NCBI GenBank assembly: GCA_963678375.2
Contig: OY782831.1
Span: 33,447 to 97,446 of the forward strand
Length of the DNA: 64,000 nucleotides
Direction of reading: 5' to 3'
Source: Candidatus Cloacimonadales bacterium
GTDB taxonomy: Bacteria; Cloacimonadota; Cloacimonadia; Cloacimonadales; JAFGVF01
The notes under the pieces were generated by a model, which did no database searches, was not told the DNA's origin, and saw only the letters and a program-made list of their open reading frames with translations. A program made the translations under genes and the position numbers. Shown here piece by piece: positions 1 through 9,026 of the stretch. Position 1 is the stretch's first letter. The number at the start of each line of letters is the position of its first letter.

Positions 1-1218
1 CTGCTTAGTTTCAACAATATCAGTAACAGAAGATTCTTGGAATATTGGTAGATAGATTTTAAAGACAGTTCCAAAACCAATATTACTTTCAATATCAATA
101 AATCCATTATACTGTTTCACAATTCCTTGAACATTCGATAAACCCAAGCCGGTTCCTTTACCTTGTGCCTTAGTAGTAAAGAAGGGTTCGAATATCTTTT
201 CAATATGTTCTTGCGAAATACCAACCCCTGTATCAGCAACTGAAAGTTTTAGATAAGATCCCGCTTTCCGGTTAAAATTATCCTTAAAGTCATCAGCTTT
301 AACTTCAATTTCTTCGGTAGATATCTTGATAGTTCCACCATCTGGCATTGCATCACGAGCATTTAGACAGAGATTCAGAATGATTTGCTCAAAGTGAATT
401 TCGTCTGCTTTAATCTTCACAGGATTACTTGATAGTTTTAGATCAATAGCAATATTCTCACCTATCAATCTTGCTATCATTTTTCTCATATAAGAGAGAG
501 ATTCATTAACATCTAAATCTATGAATTCTACTTCTTGTTTACGGGTAAAAATGAGAAGTTGTTTAGTTAGAGAAGATGCCTTATTAGCTGCTTGAATAAT
601 TGTTTCAATATTCTCTATGTAGACTTCATTACTTTCTCCATAATCAAGGCATAGTTCTGCATTACCTATAATTACCTGCAATATATTATTAAAATCATGA
701 GCCATACCCATAGAAAGATGACCAATAGTTTCTAATTTTGAGCGTTGCTCTTTGCTTTTTCTTAATTCTTCTAGTTCAGTTATATCAGTAAATATCTCGT
801 AAAAGCCATCAATATTACTATGGTGATATATTGGAATAATCTTCATTTCATATTGTTTTTGGGATAGCATCAATTTTTTAGTGATGATTTTTCTTTTTAT
901 AAAAGCTTCTTTAAAGGGTAGTTGAGGTTCATAGGATGATATTATCAAGTCTGGCTCTGATGTTTTCCCTATTTCAATGTTAGGAATAAGATCTCTTGCC
1001 ATATAATTATATTCTTCGATTAAGCCATTAAGATTGATTCTAATTGCAGGCAAGTGAAGTCTAAACAATAGATTATTATCCATCTCGGTTTTGAGAAGAG
1101 AGTTTTCTTTGTCTCCATTATTAACTTCTTTAGTAGTTACCTGCTTATTTTTTTCCATAAGCAGGTAAACTACTAACAAAATTAGTATAGAATTAAGTAC
1201 TATTAAATAAATTTCCAT
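1..1218 (-). CDS. sensor histidine kinase (TM + PAS-like + HisKA + HATPase_c), partial: C-terminus runs off the window start
   Basis: Not in the ORF track because no stop lies inside the window. Manual translation from ATG 1218 gives [20 protein letters not shown] (TM helix), then the H-box [20 protein letters not shown] (codons starting at 720), then [41 protein letters not shown] (about 100-245). The frame stays open to base 1 (..DIVETKQ). Confidence 0.8.
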   Translation of the reverse strand, partial: MEIYLIVLNSILILLVVYLLMEKNKQVTTKEVNNGDKENSLLKTEMDNNLLFRLHLPAIRINLNGLIEEYNYMARDLIPNIEIGKTSEPDLIISSYEPQLPFKEAFIKRKIITKKLMLSQKQYEMKIIPIYHHSNIDGFYEIFTDITELEELRKSKEQRSKLETIGHLSMGMAHDFNNILQVIIGNAELCLDYGESNEVYIENIETIIQAANKASSLTKQLLIFTRKQEVEFIDLDVNESLSYMRKMIARLIGENIAIDLKLSSNPVKIKADEIHFEQIILNLCLNARDAMPDGGTIKISTEEIEVKADDFKDNFNRKAGSYLKLSVADTGVGISQEHIEKIFEPFFTTKAQGKGTGLGLSNVQGIVKQYNGFIDIESNIGFGTVFKIYLPIFQESSVTDIVETKQ

Positions 1219-1226
1219 AAGCAAAT

Positions 1227-2750
1227 CTAAAATTTGAATTCAACAGTAAAAGAAAAGGTTTTAGCAATCTCATCTTCACCTTTAATCTTACCATCATTAT
1301 TCATATCAGAATAACGTTCTTGATAATTACCAACTAAGTAAGAGTTTCCGCCTAACTCATAAGAGATTTTACCAGTAACAGTAGCATTCTCATTTCTGAA
1401 CTGCTTAAAGTTAATATACTTTTTGTTCCTTTGAGCATATTCTATAGAAGCTTCATTGATTTTGGGAATCATAGAAGTATCAGCTCTTAAACCTGCCCAA
1501 AGAGATTTACCACTAGTAACATCTTCCCCATACATATCTTGATAAGCTAAATCAAAGTAAAAAAGCTGTCCGATATTAGCAGTAATCGCTCCATACCAAC
1601 CAGTGGAAGCTTTTAAACCATCAAGAATTGAAGTTTTGGTATAAATTTGTTGACCTTGAACAAAAGCTCTTTGATCATCATAAAGGTAGTCAAAGAAACC
1701 AGGGATAAACTCGTCTTCAAATCTTCGTCCTTCTAGTTTCATATCAAAGATAGCAAATTTGGCTCCAAAACCTGGGAAGATAAATCCTTGACCATAGTCA
1801 ATAATTTTTGCATATTCAGCATAATGGTATAACTTAAAATAATCATAATCAACTAAGGGTAGTCTATAGTCTGTACCAACTATTGTCACATCTTCTTCTT
1901 TATCATAGATAGGTTTAGTATCTAATTGAATATCATCATCAAAGGGGTCATAGATATTATCACCATCAGCATCAATATCATATCCATCTGGAACACCATC
2001 ATTGTTGCTATCTTGTCCATCCCATTCTCCATCACCATCGTTATCAACTGGATCAGGGAATCCATCTCCATCAGTATCCACTGCATAGTTATCATCATCG
2101 GGGAAGGCATCAAAGATATCTGGTACATTATCACCATCTTTGTCATCAAATCTCTCATATTGATCTACATCGTGAGCAAAGGAAATTCCGAAATCAAGTT
2201 GGCTTAAGAGAGGAAAGTTAGATACTTCTAAAGGTTTAAAATGAGCTCTAGAAGCAAAAATATCCATTTTTGTAAAATCAGCAGCAAACATTTCCATACC
2301 GAAACCACTTAGTTCAGTATTAAAACCAAAATAACCACCAATTTTCTTAGTATCAGGATAATTTAACATGTTAGTATATCCATTAACTATTAAGCCATTT
2401 GCTAAGGTATATGAAGGGAATGATCCTACTAAAGCGTAAAACGGGTCTTGACGATGAGCATATCTTAAATAGAGAATTTTATTTACATAGTCTTGCCATT
2501 CATCCCAGTCTTCTTCTCTAATATCGCCCTCGCCTGTGATTAAAAAATCGATATCTAAACCAATTCCAAACTTCCATAGGACGATTTCTGGATTTAATCT
2601 GATTCGGGTATATGTTTCTCCATTAATAGTTGTAGCTCCAACAGAACCACCCATTTGGAATCCCTCTTCCTGAGAAACATCCATACCACCATCTTGTGCA
2701 AATAGTACAAGTGGGAACACAAATAAGAAAAGCATTATTATCTTTTTCAT
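1227..2750 (-). CDS. outer-membrane beta-barrel-like protein with embedded thrombospondin-type-3-like calcium-binding Asp repeats
   Basis: 507-aa ORF with signal peptide MKKIIMLFLFVFPLVLFA. Central DxDxDG-type run DTDGDGFPDPVDNDGDGEWDGQDSNNDGVPDGYDIDADGDNIYDPFDDD (nt about 1930-2150). C-terminal ..FTVEFKF is typical of OM barrels. AAGGGG RBS before ATG 2750. Confidence 0.6.
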   Translation of the reverse strand: MKKIIMLFLFVFPLVLFAQDGGMDVSQEEGFQMGGSVGATTINGETYTRIRLNPEIVLWKFGIGLDIDFLITGEGDIREEDWDEWQDYVNKILYLRYAHRQDPFYALVGSFPSYTLANGLIVNGYTNMLNYPDTKKIGGYFGFNTELSGFGMEMFAADFTKMDIFASRAHFKPLEVSNFPLLSQLDFGISFAHDVDQYERFDDKDGDNVPDIFDAFPDDDNYAVDTDGDGFPDPVDNDGDGEWDGQDSNNDGVPDGYDIDADGDNIYDPFDDDIQLDTKPIYDKEEDVTIVGTDYRLPLVDYDYFKLYHYAEYAKIIDYGQGFIFPGFGAKFAIFDMKLEGRRFEDEFIPGFFDYLYDDQRAFVQGQQIYTKTSILDGLKASTGWYGAITANIGQLFYFDLAYQDMYGEDVTSGKSLWAGLRADTSMIPKINEASIEYAQRNKKYINFKQFRNENATVTGKISYELGGNSYLVGNYQERYSDMNNDGKIKGEDEIAKTFSFTVEFKF

Positions 2751-2825
2751 TACTACCCCTTAAGTTTTATTATTATGGGTTTGATTTTTAACTAATAATA
2801 TTATTCAGTCAAGAAATAATTATAA

Positions 2826-3917
2826 TTAATCTCCTATTTCCATCTCTATCTCTAGCTCTTTTTTCATAATTTTCATATTTTCTAAGAGTGCATCTGTAAT
2901 AGGAACTCCTTTTTCTCTTATCTCTTTATTCTTAAAGTATTCTTTTTCACCAGCTATCCAGATTTTATCTTTGCTAGGTGCTACTTGAGAATTCTGTAAG
3001 GTGGTCATAATATCGCCAGTAATTTTCTTAAAGTCATCAATTTCAGTGAAAAAGTCAATATTAATGGCTAAGAAGAAATGCCCCAATTTATAGGGAACCC
3101 TGTTGCCATCTTTATCAAAACCATGCAAACCTTGTAAGTAGGCTCCATTTTGTAAAGCAGCACAAAGTATTTCTACCATTACCCCTAAACTATAGCCCTT
3201 ATGTGAACCAGTTTCTTCATCAGCTCCACCAATTGGTAACATAGCTGCTTGTTTAGAAATAAGGTCTTTAAGTAATTGCTTGGTATCAGTAAATGGATTT
3301 CCTTGTCTATCGATTGCCCAACCTAGAGGAGTTTCTTTCCCTTCTCTATCCAATACCTCTATCTTACCTCGTTGTGATATTGAAGTTGCACCATCAAATA
3401 GAAATGGATAGTCTAAATTAGAAGGAGCACCAAAGCAGATAGGATTTGTTCCCAGCATTGGGTCAACACCATTAGTTGGTGCTATGGAAGGTCTTGCATT
3501 TGTAAAGGTTATTCCTATCATATCTTGCTGAGTTGCCATTGAAGCGTAGTAACCAGCAATCCCGTAGTGAGTTGAATTTCTTACCACTACACAACCTATC
3601 CCATACTGTTTTGCTTTATCTATGGCAGTCTGCATAGCACGATGTGAAATAACATGCCCCATTCCGTGGTTTCCATCCCATACTGCTGTAGCATACTTGT
3701 CTCTGATGATATCTATTTTTGTTGTAGGAAACTGAATGCCTGCCTTAATTCTATCATAGTACATTTTACAACGGCCTATCCCGTGTGATTCAATCCCTCT
3801 TAAGTCAGACTCAATTAAGACATCTGCACATATTTTTGCTTCCTCAACAGGTACTTGTAATTTAGTAAATACTTCAATCATAAACTTATGAAGTTTTTCA
3901 ACTGGTATTCTTAACAT
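2826..3917 (-). CDS. Ldh_2 family (malate/L-lactate/sulfolactate-type) NAD(P)-dependent oxidoreductase
   Basis: Motifs DLRGIESHGIGR, NSTHYGIAGYY and MLGTNPICFGAP match the Ldh_2 (PF02615-type) pattern. I moved the start from track position 3950 to ATG 3917 (MLRIPVEKL), which is directly preceded by AGGGGGAG. Confidence 0.8.
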   Translation of the reverse strand: MLRIPVEKLHKFMIEVFTKLQVPVEEAKICADVLIESDLRGIESHGIGRCKMYYDRIKAGIQFPTTKIDIIRDKYATAVWDGNHGMGHVISHRAMQTAIDKAKQYGIGCVVVRNSTHYGIAGYYASMATQQDMIGITFTNARPSIAPTNGVDPMLGTNPICFGAPSNLDYPFLFDGATSISQRGKIEVLDREGKETPLGWAIDRQGNPFTDTKQLLKDLISKQAAMLPIGGADEETGSHKGYSLGVMVEILCAALQNGAYLQGLHGFDKDGNRVPYKLGHFFLAINIDFFTEIDDFKKITGDIMTTLQNSQVAPSKDKIWIAGEKEYFKNKEIREKGVPITDALLENMKIMKKELEIEMEIGD

Positions 3918-3948
3918 TTCTCCCCCTAATAATCTATTTATATATTGC

Positions 3949-3978
3949 AATAAAGATGATTAAAAGGAAAGATGTCAA
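3949..3978 (-). promoter_or_regulatory. putative sigma70-type promoter of the Ldh_2 gene (TTGACA-N18-TTTATT)
   Basis: Minus strand reads TTGACATCTTTCCTTTTAATCATCTTTATT, about 30 nt upstream of ATG 3917. The -10 is weak. Confidence 0.3.
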
Positions 3979-4586
3979 GTTTTTTTATCTTGTATTTCGG
4001 GCATAAACCCGAATGGTGCAGTAGAGCTTTAGTAATACTTCGCTAAAGCTATGTATCACAAGTGAAGAGTGCATATTCTTTTAGCAAAATAGCTTACAGA
4101 ATTCGGACGCATATAATATATATATTCGGAAGAATTATGGGAGTTAGTTTTGCAAAAGAACATAGAGCTGTTCTCAAAGATCTACTGCATTATTTGGGAT
4201 AAACCTCGAGAAACTATTCAACTATCAATACACCTTATCCAATAGCTTATCCTTGAAGTTGACTACAAAATTGCACATCTAGTGGTTTTATTGACATTAT
4301 TATATCTGTTAGATGAGATAAACTATCTTAACCAACACTACTTACTGGGATGCTTGAAACCCTTTTCATACATCCTAACAGAAGCAAATAGGAGGGTATT
4401 TCAATCTCTTAAGTTCTCTCTCACTGATATTTAGATAAATAATTCCTTGAGTAAATACAGCCTAATCTAAGCCTACAAGTGCTCCATCATTATAACTCTC
4501 CCCATTTGTTCCCAGAGTTTTATGGAAAGAGTAGCAATAAAGGAATAATCTAGCACAAATATCACGATTAACTTGATAAGTTAAGT
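3979..4586. other. about 600-bp ORF-free spacer with nested inverted repeats (candidate structured RNA or decayed repeat element)
   Basis: No ORF of 60 aa or more on either strand. Complementary pairs: 4017-4025/4181-4189, 4025-4032/4043-4050, 4076-4089/4148-4160, and hairpin 3996-4013. See findings. Confidence 0.3.
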
Positions 4587-6578
4587 CTAATCTAGTTCCA
4601 ATAAGTGATAGATATCCACACCCTTATTTTTTCCTTTAACGTACTCATTACAAATAAATTTAACTTTAGCTTGGGCTTTGATATGTTCCAGGGTAAATTC
4701 TGAGATAATTATTTTATTTTCGCTTGGATACTTTTTATTAGATGCTTCCAGACGAGCTCCTAGATTGATTACATCTCCGATTGCAGTATAGTCGAATACT
4801 TGTTCTGAACCAAGATTACCAACAACAGCTATACCAGAATTGACTCCAATACCAATTTCAATAACATCCTTGCCTTCTTTTTCCCACTTAGCTTGGAGTT
4901 GAGTTAATCTCTCTCTCATTATCATAGCAGTTTTACAGGCATTATAAGCATGATTTTCATCTGCTAGAGGTGTGCCAAAAAGGGCCATAATTTCATCACC
5001 TACAAATTTATCAATAATCCCTTTATTCTCAATGACCACCCTAGTCATTTCAGTCAGATATTCACGTAACATAGCTACAGTATCTTCCATAGGATGAGAT
5101 TCTGTATAGGTAGTGAACGAGCGTATATCAGAGAATAGAACAGATATTTCTTTGTTAGCTCCACCATATTGTAACTGTTTTGGGTCAGAAATAAGCTGAT
5201 TAACTAATTCGGGGGCCATATAGTGCTGAAAGGCTGATTTGATTTCACGTTTCGCTTTACTCTCTTGAATATATTTTTCAATTAAATTATATAAGTAAAT
5301 TGTTATAAGAGGGAGAACTATCTCTAATTTAGGAAGGATTATATTAGCATATTTCAATAAAAGTAATGTAATAAAATAATGACAGATTAGAATTCCTGCT
5401 AATAAAGCTAGTGATTGATAAGCATTAAATTTTTGAAAAAGGTAGTTAATTATGATTAGAAAAATCAGAAGAGATAGATAAAAGATATAATGATTGAGAA
5501 ATAATAATAGATCATCAGCTAAAAGAGAGTCAAGAAAATTTGCATGGACTTCAACTCCGGGCATTATTCCGAAAGGTGTGTGAAAGTTATCATGGTGTTC
5601 TTTCAAAGTGGAACCAACCAAGACTATTTTATTCTTAAATGCTTGTTTATCTATCAGTTTTTCTAAATTAGTTTTTTTTACTTGCTCAGTATCAATTCCC
5701 ATACTTGTAAGCTTTTCATTTAATTCTTCATCTAACTCAAAATCAGAGAAAAAATCTAACTCTTCAGAGGTCAACTTGTTCGATAAATCAATCAAATCAA
5801 TAAAAGAGTAATAGATGGACGCCGAATTAACTGACTTATCACCAGAGAAAGCACCTGCCCTATTTCTGTAATTAATAGGTGTTATATAGTTTAAGTAATA
5901 TGGTATAGTCTGTTCAGCACAAGATATTATTTTATCTTTCTCATTAACAGTTATCGGACTATTTGTATAGAGTGAGAATGCTTTAAGAGCAAGAGAGTAG
6001 ATATCTTGCTCATTAAGCGTATCCATAACTTGGTATTTTCTGAGAAAATTATCAGTATCAGTAAAATTAGAGACAAGTCCTAGCTTAGGATTTGCTTGCA
6101 TGATACGTCTGTTGGGAAGAAGAAGAAAACGATTGTTACCTTCCTTTTCAATTTTACAGGCATGAATAACTTTGTTATTAGCAGAGATTCTTCCCAAATC
6201 TAAGTCATCATCTTCTAATTTTTTATTTACTTGACTAACTAAACTTTGATTCTCTTCTCCTAATAAAGCTAATTGGGCAGTTTCAGGAAATTGGACATCG
6301 AAGACAATTACTTGTCCACCCGCTTTGCGAATGTTTTCAACTAGTTTGATGTACAAAGCTCTAGGAAGAGGCCATTGGATATTTAGAGTTCTCATTGTTT
6401 CTTCATCAATGGCGACAATTGCAACTTTATCAGTAATAGCAATATGACCTCTTTGTTGCATAAAGAGGTCATATAATTTTGCTTCAAATTGAACAAATAT
6501 ATTAGTAAAAGAGCTCAAAAAAGTAATTACAAATACTATTATAGCTACAATTACAAACTTATATTTTCTCACTTTCAT
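4587..6578 (-). CDS. CHASE2-domain membrane sensor fused to a class III adenylate/guanylate cyclase
   Basis: 663 aa. N-terminal TM helix, about 330-aa extracytoplasmic region, cluster of TM helices (LFLNHYIFYLSLLIFLIIINYLF..), then cyclase motifs ISVLFSDIRSFTTYTE, FVGDEIMALFG, GIGVNSGIAVVGNLGS and YTAIGDVINLGARLE. Confidence 0.85.
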   Translation of the reverse strand: MKVRKYKFVIVAIIVFVITFLSSFTNIFVQFEAKLYDLFMQQRGHIAITDKVAIVAIDEETMRTLNIQWPLPRALYIKLVENIRKAGGQVIVFDVQFPETAQLALLGEENQSLVSQVNKKLEDDDLDLGRISANNKVIHACKIEKEGNNRFLLLPNRRIMQANPKLGLVSNFTDTDNFLRKYQVMDTLNEQDIYSLALKAFSLYTNSPITVNEKDKIISCAEQTIPYYLNYITPINYRNRAGAFSGDKSVNSASIYYSFIDLIDLSNKLTSEELDFFSDFELDEELNEKLTSMGIDTEQVKKTNLEKLIDKQAFKNKIVLVGSTLKEHHDNFHTPFGIMPGVEVHANFLDSLLADDLLLFLNHYIFYLSLLIFLIIINYLFQKFNAYQSLALLAGILICHYFITLLLLKYANIILPKLEIVLPLITIYLYNLIEKYIQESKAKREIKSAFQHYMAPELVNQLISDPKQLQYGGANKEISVLFSDIRSFTTYTESHPMEDTVAMLREYLTEMTRVVIENKGIIDKFVGDEIMALFGTPLADENHAYNACKTAMIMRERLTQLQAKWEKEGKDVIEIGIGVNSGIAVVGNLGSEQVFDYTAIGDVINLGARLEASNKKYPSENKIIISEFTLEHIKAQAKVKFICNEYVKGKNKGVDIYHLLELD

Positions 6579-6580
6579 GA

Positions 6581-9016
6581 TTAAAATTTTTGTACTATAT
6601 TAAGATACCAATTTACTGCTGAATAGCCTGATTCAGTTTGGTCATAATTTCTATCTTTAAGAGTCAAAGAAGAAGTAATTGAAGTCAGTTTAAATGGATA
6701 ATAACTAAGTCCAAAAGATGTGGAAGTATAGCTATTATCAGAATCACTATCTTCAAGATTCTGGTTATTAGTCATTCTATAGTCAAAGAATGGCACAAGT
6801 TTAAGGAAGTCAATATTGTATTGAAGATTCAACCTCATTGATTGCCTATCCCAATCTTGCTTTTGATAATAGAAAGTATCTTCTTTAGCAGATGAGAGAT
6901 AAGCTATATGACCTGTAGATTTTGTGAAATTATAGCTCAATAGAGTTTTTAGAGGAATAGCAGTCATTCTAGCATTGTATCTTACATAAAAACTGTTGTT
7001 CTCAAACTCATACATATCTCTTAGGTCATCTTCATCTAAGCTATTCTGGTAATCAAAATCTAAACTAAAAGGCAGATATGGTACTTTATCAAAAGAGTAA
7101 CCAATACCAGCCCCATAAGCTGTTGTTCGATATTCTTGAGCTTCGTCGGTAATCTGAGTTAGAGGATCATCCTCATTTACTTCAAAGATATCATTATTCT
7201 CTATGCTTGTTCTACCTTTATTAAAGTTTAACCTCAATATTGGAAACTTGTCTTTTCTAAAAACTGAGTTTAATTGATAATTACTATAAACATTGGTAGT
7301 AGCTAAGTTTTCCGAGAGATTATCACTTACACGATTGTAGGAAAAATCAACAAAAACAGTGTTATGGAAGTTGATATTATCAGCAAAAGTAAACTCATGA
7401 GTATCTGTATTTACATTTTTTGCAGAAAGAGAATTGAAGGAAGAACCAACTCTAGAGTAATTTATACTAAAGAGATTCCCAGAAATATAAAGACTTGAAT
7501 AAACCTTATAGGCTAAATTTGATGTTGTTAGGCTCAAAGGTTCAGTATTTTTGTTAATTACAAAAAAGCCATCAATTGATTCAGGGTCAAATGGCAAATC
7601 TCCTCCAACATCATTTTCTAGTTCATCCTCAGAAATAGCTCCATCAATAATGTTTGAGTTATAAGCACTGATAGCAAACTCAGCTCCAAAATTAAAGAGT
7701 TTACTTGGAGAAGATAATTTCACATCTGAAGAGAAAACTAAATTATCAACTGGATTTATAATTTGCTTATCCTGGTCATCCTCTCTTGTAACTGAAGATG
7801 GGATGTAGTAATCATTATAATCTAAAGAAGATATCTTGTCTTTGTTCTTGGCGATATTTAATCCAAACTGGAAAGCATTTTTGTTTCCTAGAGCCATTCT
7901 GATAACACCAGCTTGTCTCTTAAAAGTTCCTGGTATTACTTGGTCCTGTTCTTCTTTAGTGGATATTGCTCGGGAAGAAGAACCCCAAAAAGATTCAAGC
8001 AAGAAATATTTGAAATGTAACTTACCACCAAAGCCCCTGATATTTGAATTATTCATAGTAAACTCAGAAATATACGGAGTCTTATCTCCTAGATAAAAAT
8101 CTAGATGAGGTACTTTAAAATCAAAGGAATAGCGATTAACAGATTGTCTGTCGGAGTTTTCTAAAGATGATAGATAAATTCTGGAATTAATCCTGCTATA
8201 TCTATTATGACCACTTGCTAGTAATATTGCAGAATGAGTATTTGAAGAGGATTCAGAAGAAGAGTTAGCAGTGTCATCATAAGAAAAGCTGTTAGTATTT
8301 CCTTTATAGTTAACACTTCCTCTTAGATTATAAGGTAACTGATAAGTAAACATCTTTTGCTTAACTGATACCCTTTGTAGCCCAGTATCAATCATCTGAC
8401 CATTTATTTTTTTTGCTGTTATTTGAAAGTTAAAACTCTCTTCAATATCCTTTTGATTATATACTAATAAAGTTGGAGTAATTAGGAGTTTCTTTGTTTG
8501 ATTTCTACCATTAATGTAGAAGTTGATTGAATCAAAATCAATTTCATCCTTTATGGTAAAAATTGAAACTGAAAGAGAAAAATCACTTCCAAGTTCAACA
8601 TCTTGTAAATCACTTAAAATTACTAAATCACTTGATTTTTTTTCTTCAATCACCTGTACTAGAATAGGATTTAGGGTAGCTTGTTGACTTGGGTAAGTAA
8701 TTTTATCATCTTCAAGGGTTTTGACTTCAATATAGTATTCTAGACCTCTAGCAAATTGAGATATTGCAATAGGTACCTTATATTCTCCATTAACTCCAGA
8801 CTGAAGATCAACTTCGATACTGTTATAAGCCACTTCTCCCCTTTCACGATAGTAAACAAAAAACTCTACAAGTTCTTGCCAATTACCATCAATGAAAATA
8901 TCTAGATTGAGAACTGAATCCTTATAAGCTACATATGGTTGATTATGCTCAATAATCATCTCAGAATATAATGCAACACTTAATACAAATAGTAATAATA
9001 GTATCATTTTTCTCAT
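6581..9016 (-). CDS. large outer-membrane beta-barrel-like protein, function unknown
   Basis: 811 aa with signal peptide MRKMILLLLFVLSVALYS. Long Ser/Asn/Tyr-rich alternating segments and C-terminal ..YLNIVQKF (terminal Phe). GGAGG RBS. The next gene starts 2 nt downstream. Confidence 0.55.
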   Translation of the reverse strand: MRKMILLLLFVLSVALYSEMIIEHNQPYVAYKDSVLNLDIFIDGNWQELVEFFVYYRERGEVAYNSIEVDLQSGVNGEYKVPIAISQFARGLEYYIEVKTLEDDKITYPSQQATLNPILVQVIEEKKSSDLVILSDLQDVELGSDFSLSVSIFTIKDEIDFDSINFYINGRNQTKKLLITPTLLVYNQKDIEESFNFQITAKKINGQMIDTGLQRVSVKQKMFTYQLPYNLRGSVNYKGNTNSFSYDDTANSSSESSSNTHSAILLASGHNRYSRINSRIYLSSLENSDRQSVNRYSFDFKVPHLDFYLGDKTPYISEFTMNNSNIRGFGGKLHFKYFLLESFWGSSSRAISTKEEQDQVIPGTFKRQAGVIRMALGNKNAFQFGLNIAKNKDKISSLDYNDYYIPSSVTREDDQDKQIINPVDNLVFSSDVKLSSPSKLFNFGAEFAISAYNSNIIDGAISEDELENDVGGDLPFDPESIDGFFVINKNTEPLSLTTSNLAYKVYSSLYISGNLFSINYSRVGSSFNSLSAKNVNTDTHEFTFADNINFHNTVFVDFSYNRVSDNLSENLATTNVYSNYQLNSVFRKDKFPILRLNFNKGRTSIENNDIFEVNEDDPLTQITDEAQEYRTTAYGAGIGYSFDKVPYLPFSLDFDYQNSLDEDDLRDMYEFENNSFYVRYNARMTAIPLKTLLSYNFTKSTGHIAYLSSAKEDTFYYQKQDWDRQSMRLNLQYNIDFLKLVPFFDYRMTNNQNLEDSDSDNSYTSTSFGLSYYPFKLTSITSSLTLKDRNYDQTESGYSAVNWYLNIVQKF

Positions 9017-9026
9017 CTTATACCTC

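Noticed and set aside
1922-2207. Two overlapping ORFs (78 aa minus, 93 aa plus) inside the OMP gene.
   Set aside because: They coincide with the Asp-codon (GAT/GAC) periodic TSP3 repeat block. The repetitive codon pattern removes stops in other frames. The translations (poly-Ile/Met) are not protein-like.
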